DNA of 64,000 nt from a bacterium (GCA_963669175.1 OY769902.1:3328001-3392000); one strand, 5' to 3'. Shown: positions 39,548-50,854, counted from the stretch's first letter. Notes: a model not told the origin generated them from the letters alone. Numbers and translations are program-made.

Positions 39548-40711
39548 GTGCGCATCACCGAACTTCGTTTAGAAAACATTAGACAGTTCAAGGAGATATC
39601 CTTTACATTTCCACCGCATGCTGGTGCTGGGAATTTTACAGTCTTTGTGGGTGGCAATGGCGCAGGAAAGACGACAATTCTTGAATCTTTAAATGTGTTA
39701 CTTCAAAGATCATTTTTACCAATGTATAGATTGAAACCAAATCAAGTGAAGAACATGTTGTCAAAAGGAAAGACATATGTACAAATGCTTGTGGGGTTTG
39801 ACTGGAGTAATAAGGATGTAGAAAATATGATGAATGTTGTTAGGGATTTACATGAAGATGAATATAAAATATATAATAGAATACCAAATACATACAAAAA
39901 ATATATAGAATTATTTAATGATGAAGATTTTGAAGAATCACTGAGTACTAATATAAATCCTTTTTATATATATGTATATCGTAAATATAATAAGGCTATA
40001 AGTGGTTTCGGAGTTCCTATAGATAATTCTAAAAAGTATAACAGCAAAAAAACTATACCTTTGTCATGGGCAAGGATGTTTTCTGTTCAAAGATATATGG
40101 CTGGATACGATGTTGTCTTAGGAAATATCGCCGGTTATCACTATATCAATCAAGAAAGAGAAGTATCAACAACATTTTATTCTAAAACAAAGTCCTTGTA
40201 TCAAGTTGGCGGTGAAGCTGCTTATAGAATGCTTCTAGGTGGAGACCCATCATCGATTCGACCATCAAAGCGAGGCATGCCGCACAGGTTGAATCCTCTA
40301 TACGCCCTGCTTGAAATCCTTTACACATCCAAAGATGAACATCATGAAATATATGATTTCTTCAAATTGGTGACCGGCAATGTGTTAGAACTTCAGGCTC
40401 GTAAAGGCACGTTCAGGCAGCTTCGTATTACAAACAAAGCCGGAATCAGTTATCTGATTGACGAAGCAGCTTCCGGCGAACGTGCTTTATTGCAGATGAT
40501 GGGACGTTTATTTTACCCACCGGTTGGGCCAAACCAAGTAGTTTTGCTGGATGAACCTGAGATACACCTGCATCCTTCATGGCAAAGTCGCTTCATGACG
40601 GCATTGAAGAAATTCTTCCCGGATACACAGTTCATTATTGCGACACATTCACAGGCGATTGCCTCGAGTGTGCCGCCAGAAGCCTGCTATAACTTGAGCG
40701 AACTGGAATGA
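39548..40711 (+). CDS. ABC-type (AAA_15/AAA_21) ATPase, defence-associated type
   Basis: MRITELRLENIR start; Walker A GGNGAGKTT; signature ASGE; LLDEPEIHLHP; ATHS; AT-rich core. Confidence 0.88.
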   Translation: MRITELRLENIRQFKEISFTFPPHAGAGNFTVFVGGNGAGKTTILESLNVLLQRSFLPMYRLKPNQVKNMLSKGKTYVQMLVGFDWSNKDVENMMNVVRDLHEDEYKIYNRIPNTYKKYIELFNDEDFEESLSTNINPFYIYVYRKYNKAISGFGVPIDNSKKYNSKKTIPLSWARMFSVQRYMAGYDVVLGNIAGYHYINQEREVSTTFYSKTKSLYQVGGEAAYRMLLGGDPSSIRPSKRGMPHRLNPLYALLEILYTSKDEHHEIYDFFKLVTGNVLELQARKGTFRQLRITNKAGISYLIDEAASGERALLQMMGRLFYPPVGPNQVVLLDEPEIHLHPSWQSRFMTALKKFFPDTQFIIATHSQAIASSVPPEACYNLSELE

Positions 40712-41319
40712 TCAATGACTCCCTATTCATTGTTAGCCGTTAGTGGTATTAATCCGCTCGCATCAGCTCCATTGTTCACACCACAGTTCATTTTCCTTTT
40801 CACTGAATCACCTCGCTACCGAGACAGTAATCCGGTTCCCTGGTTTGAGCTGAGGTTTTACAAAGAAGTGCTTAGCGCAGGCGATCCTGATCTGGATTCT
40901 GCATTGAGGATTCAGACTGGGGACGGGCGAAAATCCGTTACAAGCGCGGTAGACGGAATCACATCAGGCAGCACAAGCAAAATCAATATGGTTGCCATTG
41001 AAGATGGTGACTGGTTTCTCGAAAACGCCGGATTTCGTAAACAGCTACAGCGTGAATTCTATCGATACATCCTTCCCGTTAGTGAAGTGGAAAATCTTTG
41101 GCTTACTCCACAATTGCTTGCAGATGTCTATTACGCGACAACGTCCGACACGCCGGAGATCAAAATAGACAACCCCAATGCAGGAAATATCAAACAGTTT
41201 TTAAAACCTGTAACAGATATAGAAGCATTGATTAGGCAGGTCTGCCTTGAAGATGAGTGAAGAGGCCCCCGTAGTTTGGACATGTATTTATCAGTTTTAA
41301 GTGATGGTTCCTGTTTGGG

Positions 41320-42147
41320 TCATGCTGCTTCTGTTCGTTGTGTTTGCCAGTATACTTGATCTGGTGTTTGACTGTTCAGCGCCTGGTGAGGTCGCTTTTC
41401 GTTGTAGAATGTAAAATACTCGCCAATACCCTTTTCTGCCTCACGCAAGGTCTCGTAACATTTCAGATACACATCCTCATGTTTCAGGGATCGCCACAGA
41501 CGCTCGATGAACCGATTGTCTACCCAGCGGCCTTTGCCGTCCATACTGATCTTAATCCCTTCATCCTGCAACCGTGACGTAAACGCCACGCTGGTAAACT
41601 GTGCGCCCTGATCAGTATTGAAAATTTCCGGTGCGCCATATTTCGCCAACGCTTCGTTCAACGCGTCCACGCAAAACAGGTGATCCATCGTGTTGCTCAG
41701 CCGCCAGGACAGCACTTTACGGCTGTGCCAATCCATGATCGCCACCAAATATCCGAAGCCTCGTGCAAGCGGAATGTACGTGATATCAGTACACCAAACC
41801 TGATTGGGACGGTCAATCGTCAACCCACGCAACAGGTAGGGAAAGATCGTATGTCCCGGTGCGGGCTGACTGGTGCGTTTCTTCTTTGGGTATACCGTAT
41901 AGATGCCAAGAATACGCATCAGACGACGCACCTTCTTCCGGCAGATCTTGTACCCTTCGCCACGCAACAGGTCACGCAACATCCGTGACCCCGCGAAAGG
42001 ATAAACCAAGTGCAACTCATCCAACCGGCGCAACAGCGTCAAATCTCGCTCCTTCAACGGTTTCGGCCTGTAATACGCCGTTGATCGAGGAACAGACAGC
42101 AAGGCACACTGCTTCGTGACCGGGAGTGTCTCGGTGGGCGTGATCAT
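41320..42147 (-). CDS. IS3 transposase OrfB (DDE integrase core)
   Basis: [41 protein letters not shown] motifs. Confidence 0.96.
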   Translation of the reverse strand: MITPTETLPVTKQCALLSVPRSTAYYRPKPLKERDLTLLRRLDELHLVYPFAGSRMLRDLLRGEGYKICRKKVRRLMRILGIYTVYPKKKRTSQPAPGHTIFPYLLRGLTIDRPNQVWCTDITYIPLARGFGYLVAIMDWHSRKVLSWRLSNTMDHLFCVDALNEALAKYGAPEIFNTDQGAQFTSVAFTSRLQDEGIKISMDGKGRWVDNRFIERLWRSLKHEDVYLKCYETLREAEKGIGEYFTFYNEKRPHQALNSQTPDQVYWQTQRTEAA

Positions 42148-42452
42148 CGTTTTACGCTCGGCCTTGCCCCAGGTCCGAGCACACGTGATAAAAAATCACG
42201 TTCCATCGTCAACTGACCGATCTTGGCATGCAGCTCCTTGATCTCTGCGGCGGTATCATCCTGATGCACACCACGCTTGCCAGCGAAAAGACCTTCCGCC
42301 TGCTCAAGCAACTGCTTCTTCCATTGTACGATCTGGTTGGGGTGAACATCGAACTGCGAGGCCAGTTCCGAAATCGTCTTGTCACCCTTGACGGCAGCAA
42401 GCGCTACCGATGCCTTGAACTGTGCGGTTAACTTTCTGCGGGATCGCTTCAT
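42144..42452 (-). CDS. IS3 transposase OrfA (HTH)
   Basis: FKASVAL...ELASQFDVHPNQIVQWKKQ; KIGQLTMERDFL; ATGA overlap with orfB. Confidence 0.95.
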   Translation of the reverse strand: MKRSRRKLTAQFKASVALAAVKGDKTISELASQFDVHPNQIVQWKKQLLEQAEGLFAGKRGVHQDDTAAEIKELHAKIGQLTMERDFLSRVLGPGARPSVKR

Positions 42453-42989
42453 CTTCCGCTCCTTCCGAAGAACCTACGGTCCTTCAATGTAGGGCGGAAC
42501 CATCAACTAAACTACTGTCCAGTTTTTGGACTCCTCTTCAGAGTTCCTGACAAAAATGGCAATGAAGCGGTTGAAAGAACTCACATTGCATGAGTTTGAA
42601 AAATTAACACCTGACGACAGACGCTCTGCACAGGAGTTTCGCGACTTTTTCACACAAGCAGAAGCATTTTGGAAGGACAGAAATACAAGGTATGACCACT
42701 TATTAGAGCAGGAGAAGCAAACCTTCAAGACGTGGATTCAACAAGGTCATTATCACCTGATTCCCGGGAAAGACATACTCAAAGCATTATGCGAGGAATG
42801 CGGAGATGTGGACACTGTCAAACTGACTCTGGCTTTGGCCACTCTTGCAGCAAAGCGGTATAAGGATTTCCGGGAAGGCGCTTCAACCAGCAACCCATTC
42901 TCAGCGATTCCAAACTCAACTGGTGGGCATGATCCAATTGATGAACTTCGCACAGAGTTAAAAAACCTGATAGTCTTATAAACAATCCA

Positions 42990-44573
42990 CTACATCGGAT
43001 TCCTCTGGATACAAACCACATTTCCGGCATCCTGTTGACAGATCCAGATGTCTGAGGACAGCGGGGCGATTGTCAGGCCATAGGGTGTCTCGTCTAGCGG
43101 GACCAGTTCCAGCACACCATAAGAAACCGGGGATAGAACAGCAAGTTTGTTCGATCCGGTCAGGGTGACGTAGACATGACGGTCATCGTGTGAATAGGTG
43201 ATGTTGGAAGGACCGTCGCCAACCGGAATCGTCGCAACAATCTGCTGGTCATAGGTGGCCAGTACGGAGACTGTTCCATCATAGTAGTTTGCGACAAACA
43301 GGTAATCCCCTTCGTAGGCCAGTGTCACGCCCTGGGGATTCAGACCGACATCGTAACTATGCACCAACTGCCAGGTTGTCAGGCTGAAGGCGTGAATCTT
43401 TCCATCCAGAGTCCCTGAAAAATAAATAATTGTTCCTGCCGGGTTAATGTCAATCCCGCCGGGTGTGCGCCCCAAAGAGAAGAAGTCGGTATCGTACTTG
43501 TCAAGATCAATCCGTGTCAGGCCGCTATCAAGAACACTGGCGACATAGAGAGTATCCGCATCAGGGTGCATAACCATGTAGGCCGGTCCCTGACCGACGG
43601 CAATCCGGTTCGTGATTGTATGGCTGGTTGTGGAGAAGGCGATCACTTCATGGGAAGCCTGATCACAAATATAAATCCTGTTCATTGTGTGATTCACAAC
43701 AGCGCCAAATGGAGCTTCTATATCCAGGGGATAGGTGCCAATGACTGTTTTCTCGACAGGGTCAATCTCGGTAATGCGAGACGGGTTTGAATGGACAATC
43801 CAGGCCTTGGAACCATTTCGCCCCATCGCCATACAGGAAGGATTATCATTGACAGCAAGATCGCCAGATTGAGTCCAGGTCCAGGTTGCTTCCGATTGCA
43901 TATTGGAGCCGTCAGAAACAAAATCACCGTTGTCAATAACATAGACTTTGAAGAAGTAGACAGTGTTGGTCTCAAGGCTGTCAATCACCGTCTCGGTAGA
44001 ATCTATCGCATAGATCAGTTCACAGGAGCTGGTATCGAAATCAAACGATTCAACCGTACTCCAGCAAACCGCATAGGCTTTGAAACGCTCCACCAGATCC
44101 GATGGAGTCCAACTGACCGAAATCGAAGTCGCCGAAGCACGGACCGGCTTGTTCAGGTCAACAGAGAATGGACGGAAAGTTGTTGTCGCGAAAACTTCGT
44201 TTGATGGCGGTGAAAGGTAGCCGTCACTGTCCTCAACATAGATTCGGAAATGGTAGGTCAATTCTTCTGTAAGTTCGGTTACGGTTGTTCTGGTTATTGT
44301 CTGGTCAAAAACCTCAACAAAATCGGTCGTCAACCTGTCAAAGTTTGGAGTTGTTGAGTAGTATAACCTGTAGGAATAAAAATCCTCAAAATCGCTTTGT
44401 GACCAGGAAAGTGTCACACTGTTCGGAGTTGTGTCTTCAGGTTCATTCAACACAATCGCCCCGGGATCCCTGTCCTCTTCACAACCGGAAACAGCAAAGA
44501 GAAGCAGACCGGCAAAGGCCATGAAAGCCAGCGACATTATCAATGTCGACTTCTTGTCGTGAGATCGTTGCAC
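42990..44573 (-). CDS. Lipoprotein with 2 fibronectin-III domains plus YVTN/YncE beta-propeller
   Basis: Lipobox VSG-C; TLSW..S / TY.F.IYV Fn3 motifs; VG..P repeats. The true start may be slightly downstream. Confidence 0.8.
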   Translation of the reverse strand: MQRSHDKKSTLIMSLAFMAFAGLLLFAVSGCEEDRDPGAIVLNEPEDTTPNSVTLSWSQSDFEDFYSYRLYYSTTPNFDRLTTDFVEVFDQTITRTTVTELTEELTYHFRIYVEDSDGYLSPPSNEVFATTTFRPFSVDLNKPVRASATSISVSWTPSDLVERFKAYAVCWSTVESFDFDTSSCELIYAIDSTETVIDSLETNTVYFFKVYVIDNGDFVSDGSNMQSEATWTWTQSGDLAVNDNPSCMAMGRNGSKAWIVHSNPSRITEIDPVEKTVIGTYPLDIEAPFGAVVNHTMNRIYICDQASHEVIAFSTTSHTITNRIAVGQGPAYMVMHPDADTLYVASVLDSGLTRIDLDKYDTDFFSLGRTPGGIDINPAGTIIYFSGTLDGKIHAFSLTTWQLVHSYDVGLNPQGVTLAYEGDYLFVANYYDGTVSVLATYDQQIVATIPVGDGPSNITYSHDDRHVYVTLTGSNKLAVLSPVSYGVLELVPLDETPYGLTIAPLSSDIWICQQDAGNVVCIQRNPM

Positions 44574-44604
44574 GTTACATCCTGTTCACAGGTAAAACCG
44601 AAAC

Positions 44605-47600
44605 CTATTTAACAAGTACCACACGTCTTGTGGTCGTTGTGTTTCCATGCCGAACCTGGATAAAGTACATGCCGCTGCCCAACTCGCCGGCCATGTGGGT
44701 ATCCCAGGTAAAGCGGTGATAACCAGCCCTGTAATAGCGCCCGGTACGGAAGATCTCCCGCCCTTCAACCGAGAAGACAGCAATGGTAACCTGACCATCA
44801 CCGGGAAGGGCGAAATTCAACGATACAGTGCTGTTAAACGGATTGGGATATGCCGTTCCGACTTCATATGTCAAAGGCATCGGCGCATCAAACCCAAGGA
44901 TGATTTCACCGTAATATCCTGATCCGAATGTCCCGGAAGATTCCTCAACATGGGAGGAAATTACATTACCGGCCGAATTGTATATGACGACGTCAATGTC
45001 ATCGCCCGGGGTAAATCCTGACAGGTTCATTTCAGACGCTTCCTGCCATGCCACGACTGGCTGACGGGACAGCGCCGGATCAACATTCGCCGTGCCGACG
45101 AGCCGAGTGCCGTCATAGAGTGAAATCTGTGCCGGATCATGGCTAAGCAGATCGGAATCCATGGCGATCAATAACGGCCACGGTAAACCGGTAATCAGCG
45201 ATGGATTCGTCTTGGCACGTGTCGGTGCGGGCATCTTCATTGACGTTGGCTGATCATCAGGAGATGGATATACAAAATCAGTCTCCACGTCAATCAGGAT
45301 CATATAACTGTTTCCCGGACGCAACGAATCAATCGTATTGATCGCTTCATCCGGTTTCCACATTCCACCTTCATCATCCAGCATCATGATGACATGGTTT
45401 GCGATTTCGTCCAGAGAATACTCAACGGTAGTCGCAACTGCATGCGGATAGGGAAGGAAATTCCATACGTCCTGAGCTAACTGAATCTGCATGTTGTCCG
45501 CATGAACACGAACACCCTGAACTCGAATCGTATCCGCTTCAATGGAAAAGACACGGTATCCTTCAACCGGGGTTATTGTTCCCAGCGAATTGATAACCGG
45601 CGGCTTGAACATGGCGCCGTTGTCATCGTAGGCCAGAACCATGCTGTTCATCGACTCAAAGATGGCAGAAGCGTTTGAATCCAGCGCAGTGAAGTTAAAT
45701 CCAATCATGGCAAAACGATTTGCCGGGACCGGGATATCATGAATCGCAAGCGGATACATGACGACTTCAAATTCAAGCGGATAACCCGTCTCCAGGTCCA
45801 GACCATTACGCCTGAAATCCGGGAATCCGGGCGATTGCACCAATAACGTGTAGCTTCCCGTGGGAAGATTGAAGAACTCAAACTCTCCATTATTGTCCGG
45901 AATAGAACTGGTCTCATTTCCATTCTGATCAATCAATGTGGCCGATCCGCCGGAAAGCGCAACACCGTCCTCGTCAAATACTGATCCGAAAAGGACAGGC
46001 AGGTAAACGGTGAAGTTATTCGTCTGGTTAGACCATGTTCCGGTAGTGTATCTGTCCCTGGCCCGGACTTTCCAGTACACTTCACCACTGATCAGGTCGT
46101 CAAGGATCACAAAAGTAATATCACCTGCATCCAGCGAATCCAGGCCGGTTGTGAAAGAAGGATCACTGGCATACCAGACAACATAGGTGACTGTTTCGCC
46201 GGAATCGGGATCGGTGGAAGCTTCCCAGGTCAGGGTAGCATATGGACGCCGGACAGTATCGCCCGAGACAGGCGTCAACAGGTTGAACGCAGAAGGGGAT
46301 TCAGGGATGTGTACCCTGAAACGGAAGACCTGTTCAGACCATGTGCCGTGGCTATTGTCGTCCTGGGCACGAACCTGCCAGTACCATTGCGAATCATCAG
46401 GCAAACCCTGAAGGGTATAGGTTGTATCCGTAACAGTGGCCGAATCAACATCCTCAGTGAACGTATTATTCGTTGCCCACCAGACGATATAATCAACCGG
46501 ATCATCTGAATCCGTGTCCTCTGTGCTTTGCCAGGTGAGTGTCACATCACCGGTAAAAGAGGTGTCGTCGTTGGCAGGGGACAGGAGGCTGAATGCTTCC
46601 GGCGCACCGGGATCTTCAGAATTCAGATTAAAGAAGAACTGCTCCACACACATGACCGTGTCTGGCCCGGAGAAAACTTCCACCCACCAGTCTACACGAC
46701 GTTGTGGCTGATAAGGAGGCCAACCGGTCAGGCCTAGTGTATCGAACAGGTTTACAGTCAGCGTTGTGTCCTGCTGCTCGAAGAAACCATACACAAGTGT
46801 GGTATCCGTGACATCTGCCCAGTCCAGATCGATGGTAAGCCTGTAACGCAACGTGTCCGTAGGATTCAGGTCAGAACTTGACTGCCAGGCAAAATCGATC
46901 GAGTAGGGATCTTCGTAAATCCACGAGCTGGCGTTCTCGGGTGTCAGCAGGGAAAAGTCTGCGGGGATACGGTCTTCAGATTCGAGCCGGATGATAAACG
47001 CATCACTCGATCCCGCGCCAAAGGATTGAGTATGACCGCCGATGATATAGCCGATATCCCAGGTCTCATCCATACTGTAAGCGAAATCCACCTCAGCGCC
47101 GCCATAGGTCGTTTCCCACTGCGCAAAGCCGGATGAGTTTGTCTTCACGATGTAAGCGTCCCAATCGCCGGCGCCATAAGACTGAGTGCCACCGGCCATG
47201 AGGAAGCCACCGTCAGATGTGGTACGGATGCCGTGACATTCATCATAGGAAGGACCACCGAAATGACGGCTGAAGATGTGCCCGCCATTGGAATTCGTCT
47301 TGATCAGGTAGAAGTCACGATATTCCGCGCCATAACCATACGTGTACCCGGCAAGTGCAAAATCACCATCGGCAGTTTCTTCGAGGTCATAGCACTTCTC
47401 TTCCATCTCCTCACCGAAATACTCCTGCCAGACAACTTCACCATCTTCATCCAGTCGCCACAGGTATACATCAAAACTGTTGCCATCAAAATATTGGCTT
47501 CCGGCTATGACATAACCGCCATCTTCTAAAGCCAGTACACCGCCTACATAATCGTCGTTATCGCCGCCGTAAATGTGCGACCATTCAACTTCGCCATCTG

Positions 47601-48138
47601 CATCAGTCTTGATGATGCGAATATCATTGCCTGTCTGGTCAGAAGTGTACGTGTCCCCTGCGAGGATAAAACCACCATCCGGGGCAACGTCAATCTCACG
47701 GATTTTCTCACTGGCATCGCTGGGATAGGTCTGATACCATTCCTCAGCGCCATTCTCGTCAACCTTTACCAGGTAGAAATCAAATAACGCCTGTGCATAG
47801 GAGTCGGTAAAACCGCCCATAATATACCCGCCATCTGTCGTTTGCTGGACAGAATAGCAGGTCTCATCCAAAGGGCCGCCGAAGGTATATTCCCAAATAA
47901 TATTGCCAAGATAGTCGAGTTTGACCAGCCACATTTCAGTCGCGCCTGCACCTGTAGACGCGGTTCTTCCGGCGAAAACGATATCCCCGTTCGGAATCGC
48001 TATAACATCATAACAATGATCTGCGTCGTCGCCACCGTAGGTAGCTGTCCACAGAGAATCCGGCATCTCCTGGGCAAGAGTGGTTCCAGCCAAGATCAGC
48101 ATGACAAAAATGAAAAAACTGACAGCACGTTTGAACAT
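44605..48138 (-). CDS. Large T9SS cargo protein (W..TYGG beta-propeller repeats, Fn3-like and carboxypeptidase-regulatory-like domains)
   Basis: About 7 repeats of W.xT(Y/F)GG..D...T.DGG(Y/F); three F.LL.P modules; C-terminal YPNPFN...SGMYF...VVLVK. Confidence 0.88.
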   Translation of the reverse strand: MFKRAVSFFIFVMLILAGTTLAQEMPDSLWTATYGGDDADHCYDVIAIPNGDIVFAGRTASTGAGATEMWLVKLDYLGNIIWEYTFGGPLDETCYSVQQTTDGGYIMGGFTDSYAQALFDFYLVKVDENGAEEWYQTYPSDASEKIREIDVAPDGGFILAGDTYTSDQTGNDIRIIKTDADGEVEWSHIYGGDNDDYVGGVLALEDGGYVIAGSQYFDGNSFDVYLWRLDEDGEVVWQEYFGEEMEEKCYDLEETADGDFALAGYTYGYGAEYRDFYLIKTNSNGGHIFSRHFGGPSYDECHGIRTTSDGGFLMAGGTQSYGAGDWDAYIVKTNSSGFAQWETTYGGAEVDFAYSMDETWDIGYIIGGHTQSFGAGSSDAFIIRLESEDRIPADFSLLTPENASSWIYEDPYSIDFAWQSSSDLNPTDTLRYRLTIDLDWADVTDTTLVYGFFEQQDTTLTVNLFDTLGLTGWPPYQPQRRVDWWVEVFSGPDTVMCVEQFFFNLNSEDPGAPEAFSLLSPANDDTSFTGDVTLTWQSTEDTDSDDPVDYIVWWATNNTFTEDVDSATVTDTTYTLQGLPDDSQWYWQVRAQDDNSHGTWSEQVFRFRVHIPESPSAFNLLTPVSGDTVRRPYATLTWEASTDPDSGETVTYVVWYASDPSFTTGLDSLDAGDITFVILDDLISGEVYWKVRARDRYTTGTWSNQTNNFTVYLPVLFGSVFDEDGVALSGGSATLIDQNGNETSSIPDNNGEFEFFNLPTGSYTLLVQSPGFPDFRRNGLDLETGYPLEFEVVMYPLAIHDIPVPANRFAMIGFNFTALDSNASAIFESMNSMVLAYDDNGAMFKPPVINSLGTITPVEGYRVFSIEADTIRVQGVRVHADNMQIQLAQDVWNFLPYPHAVATTVEYSLDEIANHVIMMLDDEGGMWKPDEAINTIDSLRPGNSYMILIDVETDFVYPSPDDQPTSMKMPAPTRAKTNPSLITGLPWPLLIAMDSDLLSHDPAQISLYDGTRLVGTANVDPALSRQPVVAWQEASEMNLSGFTPGDDIDVVIYNSAGNVISSHVEESSGTFGSGYYGEIILGFDAPMPLTYEVGTAYPNPFNSTVSLNFALPGDGQVTIAVFSVEGREIFRTGRYYRAGYHRFTWDTHMAGELGSGMYFIQVRHGNTTTTRRVVLVK

Positions 48139-48403
48139 GAATTCCGCCAGAAAAAGTACGCCCGATTAGGGTATCCAAACAGTAAGAATAATGTATGAAA
48201 AAGCCGCAATTTTCAGGTGATGCAGAGCACACGGATCAAAGCATCAGTGCTTCTGTACCTTCTTTAATATACTACCTTTAAGCTAATTGAAAGAGTGCCG
48301 TCAAGGCAAGCTGAAAAACGAAGATAATCGAAAAGAAGAAAAAGGCGAAACGCCCAACTATTTATACAGTTGGGCGCTTCATAGGAGGTACTGACTTCAT
48401 GCC

Positions 48404-48763
48404 CTACTGATCATGGCAATCCACGCAACTCATGTCCTCGTGGCATGCAAAACAGTTGCGATGGATAGCTGTTTTTGCTGACGCTACATCTACTTGCCTG
48501 GTTTCTTCCTTGTGGCAATGTACACAGCCTTCAACATGATGGCATTCGATACATTCAAGTTCAAGATCCTCAGTATGGAATGCGTGATCGAAAACGATCT
48601 GTGATCCTCCGAGGTAGGATGTCTGAAAAACATGCTTGTCAGGGATATCCTGTTTGCGATTATCCCAATCATATACTTCCGGGACAACTTCCGCCACTGT
48701 AACGCCGATTATTATCCCCATCAGCAACATCATCCCGAGTACAAGCACCTGGCGAATCTTCAT
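48404..48763 (-). CDS. Small tetrahaem cytochrome c3-family protein
   Basis: Signal/TM; F.H..H; CIECHH, CVHCH, CFACH and CVDCH. Confidence 0.9.
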   Translation of the reverse strand: MKIRQVLVLGMMLLMGIIIGVTVAEVVPEVYDWDNRKQDIPDKHVFQTSYLGGSQIVFDHAFHTEDLELECIECHHVEGCVHCHKEETRQVDVASAKTAIHRNCFACHEDMSCVDCHDQ

Positions 48764-48792
48764 GGTCGCCCTCTCTATCAAAAGTTGTTTCG

Positions 48793-50022
48793 TTAAGAAG
48801 CTTTTCTAGTTTCTTCCGGATCAGACTCACGGTCGCCAAGCAGTTTTTTCCCTGCCGGACACATCACATCCCATTCTTCCCTTGAGGGCTCTTCCAGTTC
48901 AGGAAATACCGGGAAGAACTTTGAAATGGTAACAAAGGCTACGATACCACAGGTCACCAGGAACAGCGAGATGCCGACCTCCTGCCATGATGGGAAATAA
49001 CTGGCGCCGGTCCCTTCCAGCATGCCAGCCCAACTCACGTTGAAACGGTTGTATACCACGCCTGAGACCACAAGTCCCGCAGCGGTCAATAAACCGGCCG
49101 GACAGGCACGAACCTTCCTGATGGCGATCATGATCATCGCCGTAAACAGGATTGCCATTTCAATCAGGAAATGAATGGATTCCGCATCAAAAGCGAAAAC
49201 CTGATCCCATACACCACGAACGAACAAATCCTGAATTTTCACCGCCACATATACCAGCATGCCGACTTGCATGAAACGAGCCAGGTCATATAGAACAGCC
49301 GTTTCAAGCCCACGCCTGAAAATGCGAGCGCTGAAAAAGGATTCCACAATCACCATCGCCGGACCAACCGTAATGGCAGACAGGAAAAAGAGAAGGGGAA
49401 GAATCGGTGTATACCACAGGTTATGCAGCTTGTTCGGCACAATCAGGAACAAGCTTCCCAGTGAAGACTGGTGCAGAACAGATAACAATACACCTGCAAG
49501 CACGATGGGAATGGATAAGCGTCGCAACAGTTTCAGCGGTGTCTGAAGGTTGAACTTCTCCAAGACAATCGGTACAAATTCCAGGAACAGCACCGTCAGG
49601 TACAGCATCACACACCAGGCCACCTCAAACATGACCGAGTGCGGATTCCACATCACCAGCGGGTGCCAGATATTGTAAAATTTTCCCAGGTCGTATAGCA
49701 GGCCAATAGCAACCAGCAGATAGCCGAGAAACGCCGTGAGGACAGTTGGTCGCACGATGGAATGGTACTGATGATAGCCGAAGATGTAAACCAGCAGGCA
49801 CAACGTAAAGCCACCTGCCGCCAGGGCCACGCCACCCATCACATCGAAACCGATCCAGAAACCCCAAGGGAACTCATCACTCAGGTTGGTAACTGCGCCC
49901 AAGCCAAAGAAGAATCGCCAGACGGACAATCCCAGTCCCATGACAATGATCGCTGAAGCAATCAGCCACAGGCTTTTACGATGTGAAGAAAGCCCCTTCC
50001 AGTAGAGAATCAACTCAGCCAT
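48793..50022 (-). CDS. NrfD/HybB/HmcC-family integral membrane subunit
   Basis: [21 protein letters not shown]; DLG; SVMFEV..C; LHQSSLG; RFNV; PSWQE. Confidence 0.93.
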   Translation of the reverse strand: MAELILYWKGLSSHRKSLWLIASAIIVMGLGLSVWRFFFGLGAVTNLSDEFPWGFWIGFDVMGGVALAAGGFTLCLLVYIFGYHQYHSIVRPTVLTAFLGYLLVAIGLLYDLGKFYNIWHPLVMWNPHSVMFEVAWCVMLYLTVLFLEFVPIVLEKFNLQTPLKLLRRLSIPIVLAGVLLSVLHQSSLGSLFLIVPNKLHNLWYTPILPLLFFLSAITVGPAMVIVESFFSARIFRRGLETAVLYDLARFMQVGMLVYVAVKIQDLFVRGVWDQVFAFDAESIHFLIEMAILFTAMIMIAIRKVRACPAGLLTAAGLVVSGVVYNRFNVSWAGMLEGTGASYFPSWQEVGISLFLVTCGIVAFVTISKFFPVFPELEEPSREEWDVMCPAGKKLLGDRESDPEETRKAS

Positions 50023-50854
50023 GCCTGCCTCCCTCGAGATCGCGGATTTTCTTATTCAGGGCTTCACGTTCCAGCTCCCAATTCTCCTTGTCCTGCTTCA
50101 AGGTATCCACCTCATCCATATGTTCCTTTTGCAGGTCCATGCGACGATTGATGATCCAACTGATGCCGCCCAGCATGATGCCGCCTGTAATCACCACGTT
50201 TGGGATCTTGCTCATGACAGTCCAGGTAAGACGGGGGAGAGCCTGTTCACCGACATCCATCTTGAAGCCAAGATCTTCAAAGGGAACACCGCTCAGCATC
50301 AGGATCGATGTGCCGCCGACTTCGTTTTCGCCATAGATGTAGTCCACATACCTATCTGGCATCTGGCTGACACGACGTTTGGCAATGGCCAGCAGTTTTT
50401 CACGTGGGCCAAAACGGCAGGCGTCAACAGGACACACCCAGGCGCAGGCAGGTTCTTCACCATTCTCGATCCGCGAATTGCACATGATGCACTTGCGAAC
50501 GACGGGGATAGACTTGTGCCACTCGTATTTTGGTATCTGGAACGGGCAGGCAACCATACAGTAACGGCAGCCGATACACTTATCCGGATGGTAGACAACC
50601 GGGCCTGCGTCTGTTTTCTCCAATGCAGCAACAGGACATACCGACACGCATGCCGGATCTTCACAGTGCATGCACATGCGTCGATAGTATTGGCCTGAAT
50701 CGTGTTTCAAAACTACGGTAAAGTTCCTATGATCCAGCTTGTCTTCCGGTGGATCATCAGGCAAACCATTCACCCGTGCACATTCACGCTCGCAAGCGCC
50801 ACAGCCGATACAACGGGTAAAATCAAGTAGAATAGCATAGGGCTCGTTACCCAT
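50015..50854 (-). CDS. HybA/HmcB-like 4x[4Fe-4S] protein with C-terminal TM anchor
   Basis: CIGCGAC..C; CMHC..P.C..VCP; [12 protein letters not shown]; C..C...PAC..CP; YGENEVGGT; ATG at 50854 after GGAGG. Confidence 0.93.
   Translation of the reverse strand: MGNEPYAILLDFTRCIGCGACERECARVNGLPDDPPEDKLDHRNFTVVLKHDSGQYYRRMCMHCEDPACVSVCPVAALEKTDAGPVVYHPDKCIGCRYCMVACPFQIPKYEWHKSIPVVRKCIMCNSRIENGEEPACAWVCPVDACRFGPREKLLAIAKRRVSQMPDRYVDYIYGENEVGGTSILMLSGVPFEDLGFKMDVGEQALPRLTWTVMSKIPNVVITGGIMLGGISWIINRRMDLQKEHMDEVDTLKQDKENWELEREALNKKIRDLEGGRHG

Larger units (their letters stand above)
41258..42540 (-). mobile_element. IS3-family insertion sequence, 1283 bp
   Basis: Ends TGAAGAGGCCCCCGTAGTTTGGACA and TGTCCAGTTTTTGGACTCCTCTTCA are imperfect IRs (TG...CA); 3-bp target duplication GAG (41255-57 and 42541-43); orfA and orfB present. 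Confidence 0.96.
40715..42981 (+). pseudogene. TOPRIM/DUF4435-like protein (~326 aa reconstructed) interrupted by an IS3 element
   Basis: The 5' part (40715-41257) and 3' part (42544-42981) join in frame once the IS and one GAG are removed. Motifs: FTES, EDGD, EVENL, IPGKD. Confidence 0.75.

Noticed and set aside
50021-50698. 225-aa plus-strand ORF
   Set aside because: Antisense to the clearly identified Fe-S gene.
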